Made by a program: the position numbers and the translations under genes. From NCBI RefSeq assembly GCF_000007185.1, contig NC_003551.1, forward strand, positions 480,001 through 512,000: 32,000 bases of DNA. Direction: 5' to 3'. The notes below the pieces were generated by a model. That model was not told the origin of the DNA. It saw nothing but the letters and a program-made list of their open reading frames with translations, and searched no databases. The DNA comes from Methanopyrus kandleri AV19 (lineage in GTDB: Archaea > JAADCQ01 > Methanopyri > Methanopyrales > Methanopyraceae). Numbering within the stretch: the first letter of the stretch is position 1; every line of letters starts with the position of its first letter. Of this stretch, positions 18,572 through 26,835 are shown one piece after another.

Positions 18572-19327
18572 TTGCGCTTCGCCGCACTCTACTCCCACCA
18601 GTTCGGTAAGAGGATGGTAGCCAACCTACTGAACGAACCCGGTCACTGCAGGGCTTGCGGGCCTGTATGCGACGGGTGCAAGTACGACATGTATTCGCTC
18701 GTCGACTCCCTCGTCGCCGTTGAGGAGCTACCCAAACCCGAAGAGTTACCTCCGTTCGTCGACGAGCCCGAGGATCACCTCCCCGAACTACCGCCCGTCG
18801 ATGTGCTGGTGGCGATCGGATTGCATCCCGACCTCCTAGTAGCGCTGTCCGAAGTATACGAGATTAAGGCACTGATAGTGCCCGTCGAGGAACCCGACTG
18901 GATCGACCCGTGGATCGAAGAGAAACTACGAGAGGTATGCGAAGAGAACAGCGTAGAGCTCACTGTGGCGAGGCCAGGATGCGACCTGGAACCGTCGGGT
19001 CCCGTAACCGAAGCGTTCTGCGACGCGGGCATGATCGGGAGGCCTAAGCTGTTCATGAAGGTCGAGGACGGCGTCGTGATCGACGTCCATGTAGTACGAT
19101 CGGCGCCGTGCGGTTGCACGTGGTTCGTGGCTAAACGACTGGTCGGTGTGGACGCTGATCCCGAAGAGGTGAAGGCTACAGTTTCCGAGGCACATCACTC
19201 GTACCCCTGCACGGCTTCGATGGAGGTCGACAAGCACGTGGGGGATACCCTGCTCCACGTAGCGGGCCGGTTGCACATCGAGGCGGCCCTCCGAGCGCTC
19301 GAGGAAGCGACGGATACCGACGCCTGA
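18572..19327 (+). CDS. DUF166-family protein
   Basis: LRFAALYSHQFGKRMVANLLNEPGHCRACGPVCDGCKYD...SAPCGCTWFVAKRLVG...AHHSYPCTASM. TTG start 18572 with GTGAGG upstream. Confidence 0.72.
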   Translation: MRFAALYSHQFGKRMVANLLNEPGHCRACGPVCDGCKYDMYSLVDSLVAVEELPKPEELPPFVDEPEDHLPELPPVDVLVAIGLHPDLLVALSEVYEIKALIVPVEEPDWIDPWIEEKLREVCEENSVELTVARPGCDLEPSGPVTEAFCDAGMIGRPKLFMKVEDGVVIDVHVVRSAPCGCTWFVAKRLVGVDADPEEVKATVSEAHHSYPCTASMEVDKHVGDTLLHVAGRLHIEAALRALEEATDTDA

Positions 19328-19335
19328 CGGGTATC

Positions 19336-19704
19336 TCACGCCCCGCCCAGTACTCGCTCCAAAACTTCCCGGAACAGTCTCCACTTATCCCCGTGCAGAC
19401 TGTACTCCCTGCGCACGTCGTCCTCGATGTCCTCAGCCCTGTAACCGACGGGATAGTACGTCGAGACGAGCTCCCCGTTTCGGCGCTCCGGTCTCAGCTC
19501 GATTTCACCCCGACGGAGCAGGTCGAAGATCGCTTCCTTCACGTCGACGGAGAAGTAGGGTGCCTTGAGCAACATGCAGTGACCGTATTCCGTTCCCGTC
19601 AATGGTCTTCCGGTCTCACGTTCGAAAGCTTTGTCGAGCAAATACACCGCACGGAACAAGGAGCGCTTATCTACGCCCGGTCGGAACGCGACGATGTACT
19701 TCAT
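19336..19704 (-). CDS. Hypothetical protein, possibly Panacea/SocA-like
   Basis: MKYIVAFRPGVDKRSLFRAVYLLDKAFERETGRPLTGTEYGHCMLLKAPYFSVDVKEAIFDLLRRGEIELRP. The internal ATG is preferred over the upstream start at 19764. Confidence 0.55.
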   Translation of the reverse strand: MKYIVAFRPGVDKRSLFRAVYLLDKAFERETGRPLTGTEYGHCMLLKAPYFSVDVKEAIFDLLRRGEIELRPERRNGELVSTYYPVGYRAEDIEDDVRREYSLHGDKWRLFREVLERVLGGA

Positions 19705-19824
19705 CAGCGGCCGCAAGTTAGCGCCCGTCGGTTTGACCGTGTGACACCTGCACCGGGCGTGCAACCTGGGTCCCCCTTGTATCAGTATGTTCGAAAGTGT
19801 CCAAACGTTTGATGAAAATCGAAA

Positions 19825-19834
19825 CTAATATAAG
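19825..19834 (+). promoter_or_regulatory. Candidate TATA element upstream of cooS-like gene
   Basis: AT-rich CTAATATAAG about 70 nt upstream of the GTG start at 19901. Confidence 0.4.
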
Positions 19835-19860
19835 TCAAGTCACCCCTCCAATGGTCGGAT

Positions 19861-19888
19861 AGTATCGAACGTTCCCATAGTACCGAAC
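19861..19888 (+). repeat. Near-identical 10-bp direct repeats in the cooS leader
   Basis: AGTATCGAAC (19861-19870) and AGTACCGAAC (19879-19888), 9/10 identical, 18-bp period. Confidence 0.5.
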
Positions 19889-19900
19889 AAGGGGATCCCC

Positions 19901-21817
19901 GTGGAGGAAAAGAGATCCTCGTGCCCGTACGCCGATGAAGCCGTGTGTGAGCTAGTCGAGCACGCGAAGGAGCTGAATGAGGAGATTCCGGAGATAGAGA
20001 CCCCGCACATCCGATGGCCCGTTCAGTTCCCGAAGTGCCCGTACGGCAAGCAAGGCGTCTGGTGTAACATCTGCTCGAACGGCCCGTGCCGAATTACGGA
20101 GAAGACACCACGCGGTGTCTGCGGAGCGACGGCGGACGTGATCGTGGCACGCAACTTCTTGCGTCACGTCGCCGCCGGAGCCGCGTGCTACGTGCACTGC
20201 CTGGAGAACGCCGCCCGGGCCCTCAAGTCCGTGGCGGACGAGGAATCTCCTTACGAGATCGCAGACGAGAAGGCGCTGAGGCACGCTGCCGAAGTATACG
20301 GTCTAGATACCTCCGGTAAACCGGAAGATGTGGCCGAGGAGATCGCAGAGTTCATTCTCGAGGATATCTACAGGCCCAGATATGAGGAGTCCGAGGTGTT
20401 CAAGGCTGTTGTACCCGATTGGCGCATCGAGATGTACGAGGAAATGGGCCTAATTCCGGGCGGAGCTAAGTCGGAGATACACGACGCCCTTGTCAAGACG
20501 AGTACGAACCTCAACTCAGACCCCGTTGACATGCTCCTCCACGTGCTGCGACTGGGACTGATCACCGGCCCTGTCGCGCTCTTCGGTGTGGAGACGATCA
20601 ACGATATCCTCTTCGGCAGCCCGAAGATCACGCAAACGGAGGGTGGTCCCGGAATACTGGACCCGGACTACGTCAACATCATGACGACCGGCCACCAGAT
20701 GGCTCTCATGAAGTACCTGACGGACGCCGCCGAGAAGCTGGAAGAAGAGGCCAAGGCGGCGGGAGCTAAAGGTATCCGGATCATCGGTGCGACGTGCGTC
20801 GGCGACGATTTCGAGGCGCGCGCCGAGCACCTACCAGACACGTACGCGGGCTTCGCGGGTAACAATTTCGCGACGGAGGCGCTCGCAGCAACGGGTCTCG
20901 TGGACGCGATCGTGAGCGAGTTCAACTGCACGTTCCCGGGTCTGAAGTTCTACAAGGAGAAGCTGGACGTCGAGCTGGTCGCCGTCGACGACGTGGCCAA
21001 GGTGTGGGGCGCGGAGCTGATCCTCTGGGACCCGGAGCGTGCCGAGGAGGTCGCGGAGGAGGCCGTCCAGAGGGCCATTGAGGCGTTCAAGGAGCGCCGG
21101 TCGAAGCACGAGGACAAGATCATGGAGCCGAAGCACAGGCACGAGAACGTGGTGGGGTTCGGATACTTCTCGATCGAGGAGGCCGTCGGCTGGGAGAACG
21201 TGCTCAAGCTGATCGAAGAAGGCACCATCCGCGGCGTGTGCGCCATCATGGGCTGCACGAATCTCTCCAGCGGCGGCCACAACGTGCCGGCGGTCGAGCT
21301 CGCCAAGGAGATGATCAAGCGCGACGTGCTCGTGCTCGGCGCCGGCTGTGTGAACGGGGCGTTCGCCAACGCTGGACTGTTCAACCCTGAAGCAGCCGAG
21401 CTGGCCGGTGACAACCTCCGACAGGTGTGCGAGGAGTTAGGTATTCCACCGGTGCTGCATTACGGCCCATGTCTGGCGATCGGTAAGATCGAGCATCTCG
21501 TCTTCGAGATCGCCGAGATACTTCGAGAGAAAACCGGCGAGGAAATCGACATCCCGGACGTACCCGCCGTCGCGAGCGCGCCGCAGTGGCTCGAGGAGCA
21601 AGCCCTAGCGGACGCGTCCTCGGCCTTAGCTCTAGGTATCACGCTGCACGTGAGTCCCGTACCGCCGGTGACCGGTAGCGAGCTGGTTACGAAGACGCTG
21701 CTGGAGGACCTACCGGATCTCACCGGCGGCGAGCTGATCGTGGAGACGGACATGAAGCGTGCCGGAGAGATTCTCGCCGAGAAGATCGAGGAGAAGCGGA
21801 AACGGCTTGGTATCTAA
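19901..21817 (+). CDS. cooS: Monofunctional Ni-Fe-S carbon monoxide dehydrogenase catalytic subunit (CooS-like)
   Basis: N-terminal Fe-S segment CPYGKQGVWCNICSNGPCRI...GVCGATADVIVARNFLRHVAAG. Candidate C-cluster ligands are all present: MTTGHQ, GATCVGD, SEFNCTFPG, AIMGCTN, LGAGCVNGAF, LHYGPCLAIG. C-terminal SAPQWLEEQALADASSALALGI. Confidence 0.88.
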   Translation: MEEKRSSCPYADEAVCELVEHAKELNEEIPEIETPHIRWPVQFPKCPYGKQGVWCNICSNGPCRITEKTPRGVCGATADVIVARNFLRHVAAGAACYVHCLENAARALKSVADEESPYEIADEKALRHAAEVYGLDTSGKPEDVAEEIAEFILEDIYRPRYEESEVFKAVVPDWRIEMYEEMGLIPGGAKSEIHDALVKTSTNLNSDPVDMLLHVLRLGLITGPVALFGVETINDILFGSPKITQTEGGPGILDPDYVNIMTTGHQMALMKYLTDAAEKLEEEAKAAGAKGIRIIGATCVGDDFEARAEHLPDTYAGFAGNNFATEALAATGLVDAIVSEFNCTFPGLKFYKEKLDVELVAVDDVAKVWGAELILWDPERAEEVAEEAVQRAIEAFKERRSKHEDKIMEPKHRHENVVGFGYFSIEEAVGWENVLKLIEEGTIRGVCAIMGCTNLSSGGHNVPAVELAKEMIKRDVLVLGAGCVNGAFANAGLFNPEAAELAGDNLRQVCEELGIPPVLHYGPCLAIGKIEHLVFEIAEILREKTGEEIDIPDVPAVASAPQWLEEQALADASSALALGITLHVSPVPPVTGSELVTKTLLEDLPDLTGGELIVETDMKRAGEILAEKIEEKRKRLGI

Positions 21818-21837
21818 TTCTCACCCCCACTTCCGGG

Positions 21838-22950
21838 ATGGTGGTGACCATGGAGATCGAGGCGATCCGTGTAGCAACGGGAGCTCCTGGCGAACTGTAT
21901 ATGGTAGCCGAGATCGCGGAGGACAAGGTCGTGAACGCCGAAGTGTGCTCGGGCACGACACCGATCTCCTGGGAGACGCTCGTCCTCGAGAAGCCCGTGG
22001 AGTTCGCCGTAGTGGCCGCCGAACGAGTATGCGCCAGCTGTGACGCGAGCCTAGGGCTCGCCGTGGTCGAGGCGGCCGAGGCAGCTCTCAACGTCGAGAT
22101 CCCGGACGAGGCGGAGCGAGCGCGCGAGATCCTGAACATGGCTAACGTCGTCAGGGCGCACGCCACCGTGCTGGCGAGGACTGACTTCCTCGACGTGAAG
22201 AAGCCCGCGTACGACCTAGTGAGAGCTGCGAAGGACATCATGCACGCCGTCGGAGGGAAGCCCGACCACCCACCGGCCGTGACCGTAGGCGGTTTGGACC
22301 TCGAAAAGCTGCCCGTAGACAGGGTTGAATCCGTAGCTAAGGACGCCGCCGAGGTGGCAGACAGGCTTGAGGACGAGGTCGGATCCGCGGTAGATCGGAT
22401 GAAGGAAGATATCGACGTGGAACCGGAGGAGATGCCGGCGGGACTGAAGGTTTCGGACACGTACAAGGGCGACATAGACCCAGACAAGGTCGAGACGCTA
22501 ATGCCGGATGAATTCTACCGTATGAAGACCACCCTGGAGATAGCGAACAACGTCGTCGCCAGGTATGACGGGGAGCCCGTCCTCGTCGGTCCTTACGCCC
22601 GAGTAAGGAGCGCGGAAAACCCGCTGGACCTCTACACCGCCAGGGCCGAGGAAGTAGCGAGGATGCTCGACGGTATCGCAAACGCCGTATCCAGGCTAGA
22701 TCCGACCGGGAACTTCCGAACGGACGTCGAGCTCGGCTCGGGCGAGGGTACGGCGGCTGTGGAGGCACCGGAGGGTACCCTGATCGTCTCGCTGAGACTA
22801 CGGGCCGGGCGCGTGGACAAGGCCCTGATGTTAACTCCATGCAACTTCAAGGTTGCGGCGATCGGGGAGATGGTGCGCGACCTGACGGTTGACAGGGCTG
22901 AGACAGTTCTACGCGCGATCGGCCTCTCCGGTAGATGTCTTACCCACTAG
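21838..22950 (+). CDS. Degenerate F420-reducing hydrogenase alpha-like ([NiFe] large subunit-like) protein
   Basis: FAVVAAERVCASCDASLGLAVVEAAEAALNVEIPDEAERAREILNMANVVRAHATVLARTDF matches the L1 region. The C-terminus is RAIGLSGRCLTH*. A start at ATG 21850 is possible. Confidence 0.75.
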   Translation: MVVTMEIEAIRVATGAPGELYMVAEIAEDKVVNAEVCSGTTPISWETLVLEKPVEFAVVAAERVCASCDASLGLAVVEAAEAALNVEIPDEAERAREILNMANVVRAHATVLARTDFLDVKKPAYDLVRAAKDIMHAVGGKPDHPPAVTVGGLDLEKLPVDRVESVAKDAAEVADRLEDEVGSAVDRMKEDIDVEPEEMPAGLKVSDTYKGDIDPDKVETLMPDEFYRMKTTLEIANNVVARYDGEPVLVGPYARVRSAENPLDLYTARAEEVARMLDGIANAVSRLDPTGNFRTDVELGSGEGTAAVEAPEGTLIVSLRLRAGRVDKALMLTPCNFKVAAIGEMVRDLTVDRAETVLRAIGLSGRCLTH

Positions 22951-22963
22951 GGGGAAGCCCAAG

Positions 22964-23680
22964 ATGAAGGTGGCTGTGCTGTCCCTTATGGCTTGTGGTA
23001 CATGCGCCAGGAACCTGGAGGAGGTTTGCCACGAAGAGGGTCATGAGGTGGTCTGGTCGAACCTAGAAGGCGACGAGGGAGAACCGGACGCCGACATTCT
23101 GTTCGTAGAAGGCGCGGTGGACTTCGCCGACGCCGAGACCCTGGAAAAGTTAGAGGAGGCCGCTTCGGCCGTCAGTACCGTGGTATCACTGGGTTCCTGT
23201 GCCGCTACCGGGGGTTTCGAGCGACACGTCATAGGCATGCGCGACCCCGACCGGTACCACTTCACGGTCTTCCCAGCTGCCAAGTTCGTCGAAACGGACT
23301 ATGCGATCAACGGCTGTCCACCTACTACGGACGTGATCGCGTCCTTCCTCAGAGCTCTAGAGGAGGAGAACGAGGACGAACTCCGACCGTACGAAGTCTT
23401 GTCCGGGGATTTCCACGGGCTCACGCCGGAACTGTCCGCTCCGGTGACCGGTCCGACGGTACCGGTCGAGGACGTACTCCTGACGTCGAACAAGGACCTG
23501 TGCCTGGGCTGCGACCTGGACGTGATTGAGAAGGACCTCTTCTGCGTCGGCTGCGGAACGTGTGCCGCCTCCTGCCCGGCGTGGGCTATCGAGATGGACG
23601 AGAAGCCCGTAATCCGGCAAGAGAGGTGCGTTCGATGCGGAACTTGCTTCGTAAGCTGCCCGAGATCGTTCAGGATATGA
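22964..23680 (+). CDS. F420-reducing hydrogenase gamma-like ([NiFe] small subunit-like) protein with two 4Fe-4S ferredoxin motifs
   Basis: MACGTCARNLEE, VVSLGSCAATGGF, YAINGCPPTTDVI, then CVGCGTCAASCPAWAI and CVRCGTCFVSCPRSFRI. Confidence 0.87.
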   Translation: MKVAVLSLMACGTCARNLEEVCHEEGHEVVWSNLEGDEGEPDADILFVEGAVDFADAETLEKLEEAASAVSTVVSLGSCAATGGFERHVIGMRDPDRYHFTVFPAAKFVETDYAINGCPPTTDVIASFLRALEEENEDELRPYEVLSGDFHGLTPELSAPVTGPTVPVEDVLLTSNKDLCLGCDLDVIEKDLFCVGCGTCAASCPAWAIEMDEKPVIRQERCVRCGTCFVSCPRSFRI

Positions 23681-23699
23681 ACCCAACGGGAGGTGATCC

Positions 23700-24623
23700 G
23701 TGTTGCGCAAGCTGATCCGAAGAATAGCAGGGGGCAAAGAGGAAGAGAATACCCGTGAGGGATCTCCCGAGAACGATCTCCCGGACCCCGAGGTCGTGGG
23801 TGAGTACCGCGAGGTTTACCTGACCCGCGCAACCGACGAACGTATCCGCGAGCACGGACAGGACGGAGGTACTACTACGGCGCTACTCGCCCACGCACTG
23901 GAGGAGGACACGGTGGAAGCCGTGATTGCCTCGTCGACAGTCGAGACATGGAAGCCCGAACCCGTAATAGTCACCGATCCCGACGAACTGATCGAGACCG
24001 CGGGATCGAAGTACGCGATTTCTCCGAACGTGAGTGCCCTCAACGAGGCCATAGCCTCCTACGACTCAGTCGCCCTCGTGGGCACGCCGTGTCAGATCAC
24101 CGCCGTAAAGAAGTCTAAAATGTACCCTTACGGCCTGGCTAACGTGACGGAGCGTGTGAAGCTAACCGTCGGCATCTTCTGCACCGAGAACTTCCAGTAC
24201 GAGAGCCTACTGAAGCTGCTCGAAGACATGGGTGTCGACGTCGAGAACGTCGAGCGTATGGACATCAGCCACGGTGAATTCATCGTACGCACTAAGAACG
24301 GTGATGTGCACTCGGTATCGGTTTCCAAGCTAGGCGATTACGCCAACGAGGCGTGTAACTACTGCACGGACTTCACGGCCGAGGACGCCGACATCAGCGT
24401 GGGATCCGTCGGCGCGCCGGATGGCTGGAACGTGGTTCTGGTCCGGACGAAAGAAGGCGAGAAGGTGTTCCGGTCCGCCGTAGACGCTGACGTCCTGGAA
24501 GTCAAAGATATCGGGGAAGGGGACCCGAACCTGCTCGAGCGCCTGGCCAGGGACAAGAAGGAACGCATTCACACCTCCATGTGTGCCACTTGGAGACCTT
24601 ATCACCCTACCGTTCCTCTCTAA
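23700..24623 (+). CDS. F420-reducing hydrogenase beta-like subunit (FrhB family, predicted F420/flavin-binding Fe-S protein)
   Basis: GQDGGTTTALLAHALEEDTVEAVIASSTVETWKPEPVIV...VGTPCQITAVKKSKMYPYG...ANEACNYCTDFTAEDADISVGSVGAPDGWNVVLVRTKEG. SD GGGAGGTGATCC before GTG. Confidence 0.88.
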   Translation: MLRKLIRRIAGGKEEENTREGSPENDLPDPEVVGEYREVYLTRATDERIREHGQDGGTTTALLAHALEEDTVEAVIASSTVETWKPEPVIVTDPDELIETAGSKYAISPNVSALNEAIASYDSVALVGTPCQITAVKKSKMYPYGLANVTERVKLTVGIFCTENFQYESLLKLLEDMGVDVENVERMDISHGEFIVRTKNGDVHSVSVSKLGDYANEACNYCTDFTAEDADISVGSVGAPDGWNVVLVRTKEGEKVFRSAVDADVLEVKDIGEGDPNLLERLARDKKERIHTSMCATWRPYHPTVPL

Positions 24624-24664
24624 CGTCATTTCACTATTTCTCCGAGTTCAAGGGGCCCAGAGCT

Positions 24665-25129
24665 GTGATCAAGCCACGAGATTTCCTGAGGTATTTCCTC
24701 TACTCTTACATCGTAACTTCCGCACAGCTGCTGGGAGATAAGGCCCCTACTCTACGGCGGATGGTATGCAAAAACGTGGTAAAGGCGTTGCTACGCGAGC
24801 ATCCGGAGCTGAAAGATGCCGAACCGGTGGAGCTTGTCAAAGATGTGGCGGAGAGCTTCCTAGGGGCCGACGTCAGGATAGAAGAGAAGTCAACGGAAAC
24901 CGTCGTACACGTGAGAGGGTGCAAGATCTGCCCACGCGATCTGATCGAAGAGTTTACAGGTGAGAACCCCGACCTGGAGGGTCCCGTCTTCAGCTACAAC
25001 GTGTGCGCGTTTGTGACCATGGTTGAGGAGATTCTGCACGCTCTGGGCCACATAGATTCCGACATCAAGCATGACCCAATCAAACGCGGGCGCTGCCGCG
25101 TAATCGTCAGGCCTAAGGGCACGGACTGA
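24665..25129 (+). CDS. Cysteine-containing protein with possible V4R-like domain
   Basis: VVHVRGCKICPRDLIEEFTGENPDLEGPVFSYNVCAFVTMVEEILHALG...DPIKRGRCRVIVRP resembles V4R topology. GTG start at 24665. Confidence 0.5.
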   Translation: MIKPRDFLRYFLYSYIVTSAQLLGDKAPTLRRMVCKNVVKALLREHPELKDAEPVELVKDVAESFLGADVRIEEKSTETVVHVRGCKICPRDLIEEFTGENPDLEGPVFSYNVCAFVTMVEEILHALGHIDSDIKHDPIKRGRCRVIVRPKGTD

Positions 25130-25143
25130 AACGGGGTCTTCAA

Positions 25144-25872
25144 TTGACCGTCCCGACGTTCCTTCGCAAGGTGACCCTGCGTGAGATCTGTGTCATTGAG
25201 GAGTACGTGGACGTCCAATACAGGGCTATCGAAGCGTTGATGGACACACTACCTTCGACCGACCTCGTCCGGCTGACCGTAGCCAATGCTCTCGTCAGCT
25301 ATCAGCTCTCGAGCTCTGGAGAGGATTGGTGGCGTGAGTTCTCCAGCTACTTCCGTGAACGTCGTCCGAGGGACATCGTTCGAGAGTACGCCCGGTTCCT
25401 TCCCCGCTCTAGGGGCAATCGGAGGCTCATCCGTCAGAAGCTCCGCCGCCTCCATCGTGCTAAGGCCTTTCTAGAGGAGTTATCCTGGCAGGACGCGAAA
25501 TCGTACTACCGTGACATGAACCGGTTACGCCTTGACCTTGCTCGGGTCCTCAACGCCGATCCCGAGTCTAAGACGATCGTGTTCACGGTCAAGATGTTCG
25601 GGTACGCACTAAGGGCGATAACGGGTAGGTTTCGTCCTTATCCGTTCGAGATTCCGATTCCTGTGGACGCGAGGATCGAACGAATCACCCGAAGGATCAC
25701 GAACGATGATCCACAACTGTACTGGGACTCGATCGCACGGCGGACAGGCATCCCACCACTACACCTTGACTCGATCCTATGGGTCGGGACGAGTCGGGAT
25801 CCAGAGGTAAAGAGACTGCTGGCAAAAGTCTTACCGAAGCTTATAGGGGAACTGGAGATGTTGGGCAATTGA
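25144..25872 (+). CDS. Archaeal 8-oxoguanine DNA glycosylase/AP lyase (AGOG family)
   Basis: LTVANALVSYQLSSSGEDWWREFSSYF...KTIVFTVKMFGYALRAITGRFRPYPFEIPIPVDARIERITRRI is an AGOG-like HhH-Lys-Asp region. TTG start. Confidence 0.82.
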   Translation: MTVPTFLRKVTLREICVIEEYVDVQYRAIEALMDTLPSTDLVRLTVANALVSYQLSSSGEDWWREFSSYFRERRPRDIVREYARFLPRSRGNRRLIRQKLRRLHRAKAFLEELSWQDAKSYYRDMNRLRLDLARVLNADPESKTIVFTVKMFGYALRAITGRFRPYPFEIPIPVDARIERITRRITNDDPQLYWDSIARRTGIPPLHLDSILWVGTSRDPEVKRLLAKVLPKLIGELEMLGN

Positions 25873-26097
25873 ACCTGGATCCTGTGCGCGGTATCGATCG
25901 GCGGACGGTTGTGCAGGATTTAACATTTAACCATAAGTGATCCGAGAGGACGGAACGACTCGCGACGTATTGGAGGCGATTTTTTGTTAACCTAACGATG
26001 ACGAGCTCGGGGTTCGGTTCGGGCAGACAAAGTACGGTCGGTGGGGGGTCCGAGCTGGTACGGCCCGGCAGTCAGAACCTTCGAGGGGACCCGAGCT

Positions 26098-26835
26098 ATG
26101 AAACTGGTGATCGACGTACCGAAGGAGATCGCTAAGGCCTTGGACAGCAAAACACGACGTGAAATCCTGAAACTGCTGGAAGAACGCGGCTCGATGACGA
26201 TATCGGACATCGCCAGGGAGCTGAACCTGTCCAAATCAACTGTCCATCACCATTTACAGGAACTCCGAAAGGCCGGTCTCGTGGACGTCATCAAAGAGGA
26301 TCGCGAAACTCCCCTCCCGAAGCGCTACTACGGGCTCGTGAGAAGACTCGTCCGAGTATCGAAGCCGAAGCTTGAAGATGCCTCCGAGTATGTCATAAAA
26401 GCCCTAGAACGTGGGGAGGACCTGAGAACATCGATGTTCCTAGCGATCGCGGCAGCGTATCGCGCGGTGTTGGAGTCCCTGGGTATCGACGCCTCGGAGG
26501 TCCTGTACGAGCTCGGAAAGGAGATCGGTAAGCGACTCGCGGAACTAGGATCCGAAGAGACCGTGCTGCGGAAGGGCTTGGAGATCATAGCCGAGTCAGT
26601 AGAATTCCGTCAGGAGAACGACCGTGTGGTGGTCGAGATTGAAGGATGCCACGAGTGTTCCGACCTACCCTACGGTCCCGCATGTCATTTGGAGGCGGGA
26701 ATCATAGCCGGTGTTCTGTCGAACCTGAGGGAACGACCTTACGAAGTCCGGGAGGTGGAGTGCTGCGGGGAAGGCGCTGATAGATGCGTGTTCGTGGCGG
26801 AACCAGCTACTGACGAAGAACGCCCCAAGTCCTAG
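26098..26835 (+). CDS. ArsR-type winged-helix transcriptional regulator with C-terminal V4R domain
   Basis: KTRREILKLLEERGSMTISDIARELNLSKSTVHHHLQELRKAGLVDV..., C-terminal EIEGCHECSDLPYGPACHLEAGIIAGVLSNL...VECCGEGADRCVFV. Confidence 0.83.
   Translation: MKLVIDVPKEIAKALDSKTRREILKLLEERGSMTISDIARELNLSKSTVHHHLQELRKAGLVDVIKEDRETPLPKRYYGLVRRLVRVSKPKLEDASEYVIKALERGEDLRTSMFLAIAAAYRAVLESLGIDASEVLYELGKEIGKRLAELGSEETVLRKGLEIIAESVEFRQENDRVVVEIEGCHECSDLPYGPACHLEAGIIAGVLSNLRERPYEVREVECCGEGADRCVFVAEPATDEERPKS

Noticed and set aside
20831-21414. Overlapping minus-strand ORFs (149 and 154 aa) opposite cooS
   Set aside because: CooS on the plus strand has all diagnostic cysteines, so these are shadow ORFs.
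21720-22487. 255-aa minus-strand Ser/Ala-rich ORF
   Set aside because: It is antisense to the FrhA-like gene and its Ser-rich composition mirrors codon bias of the real gene.
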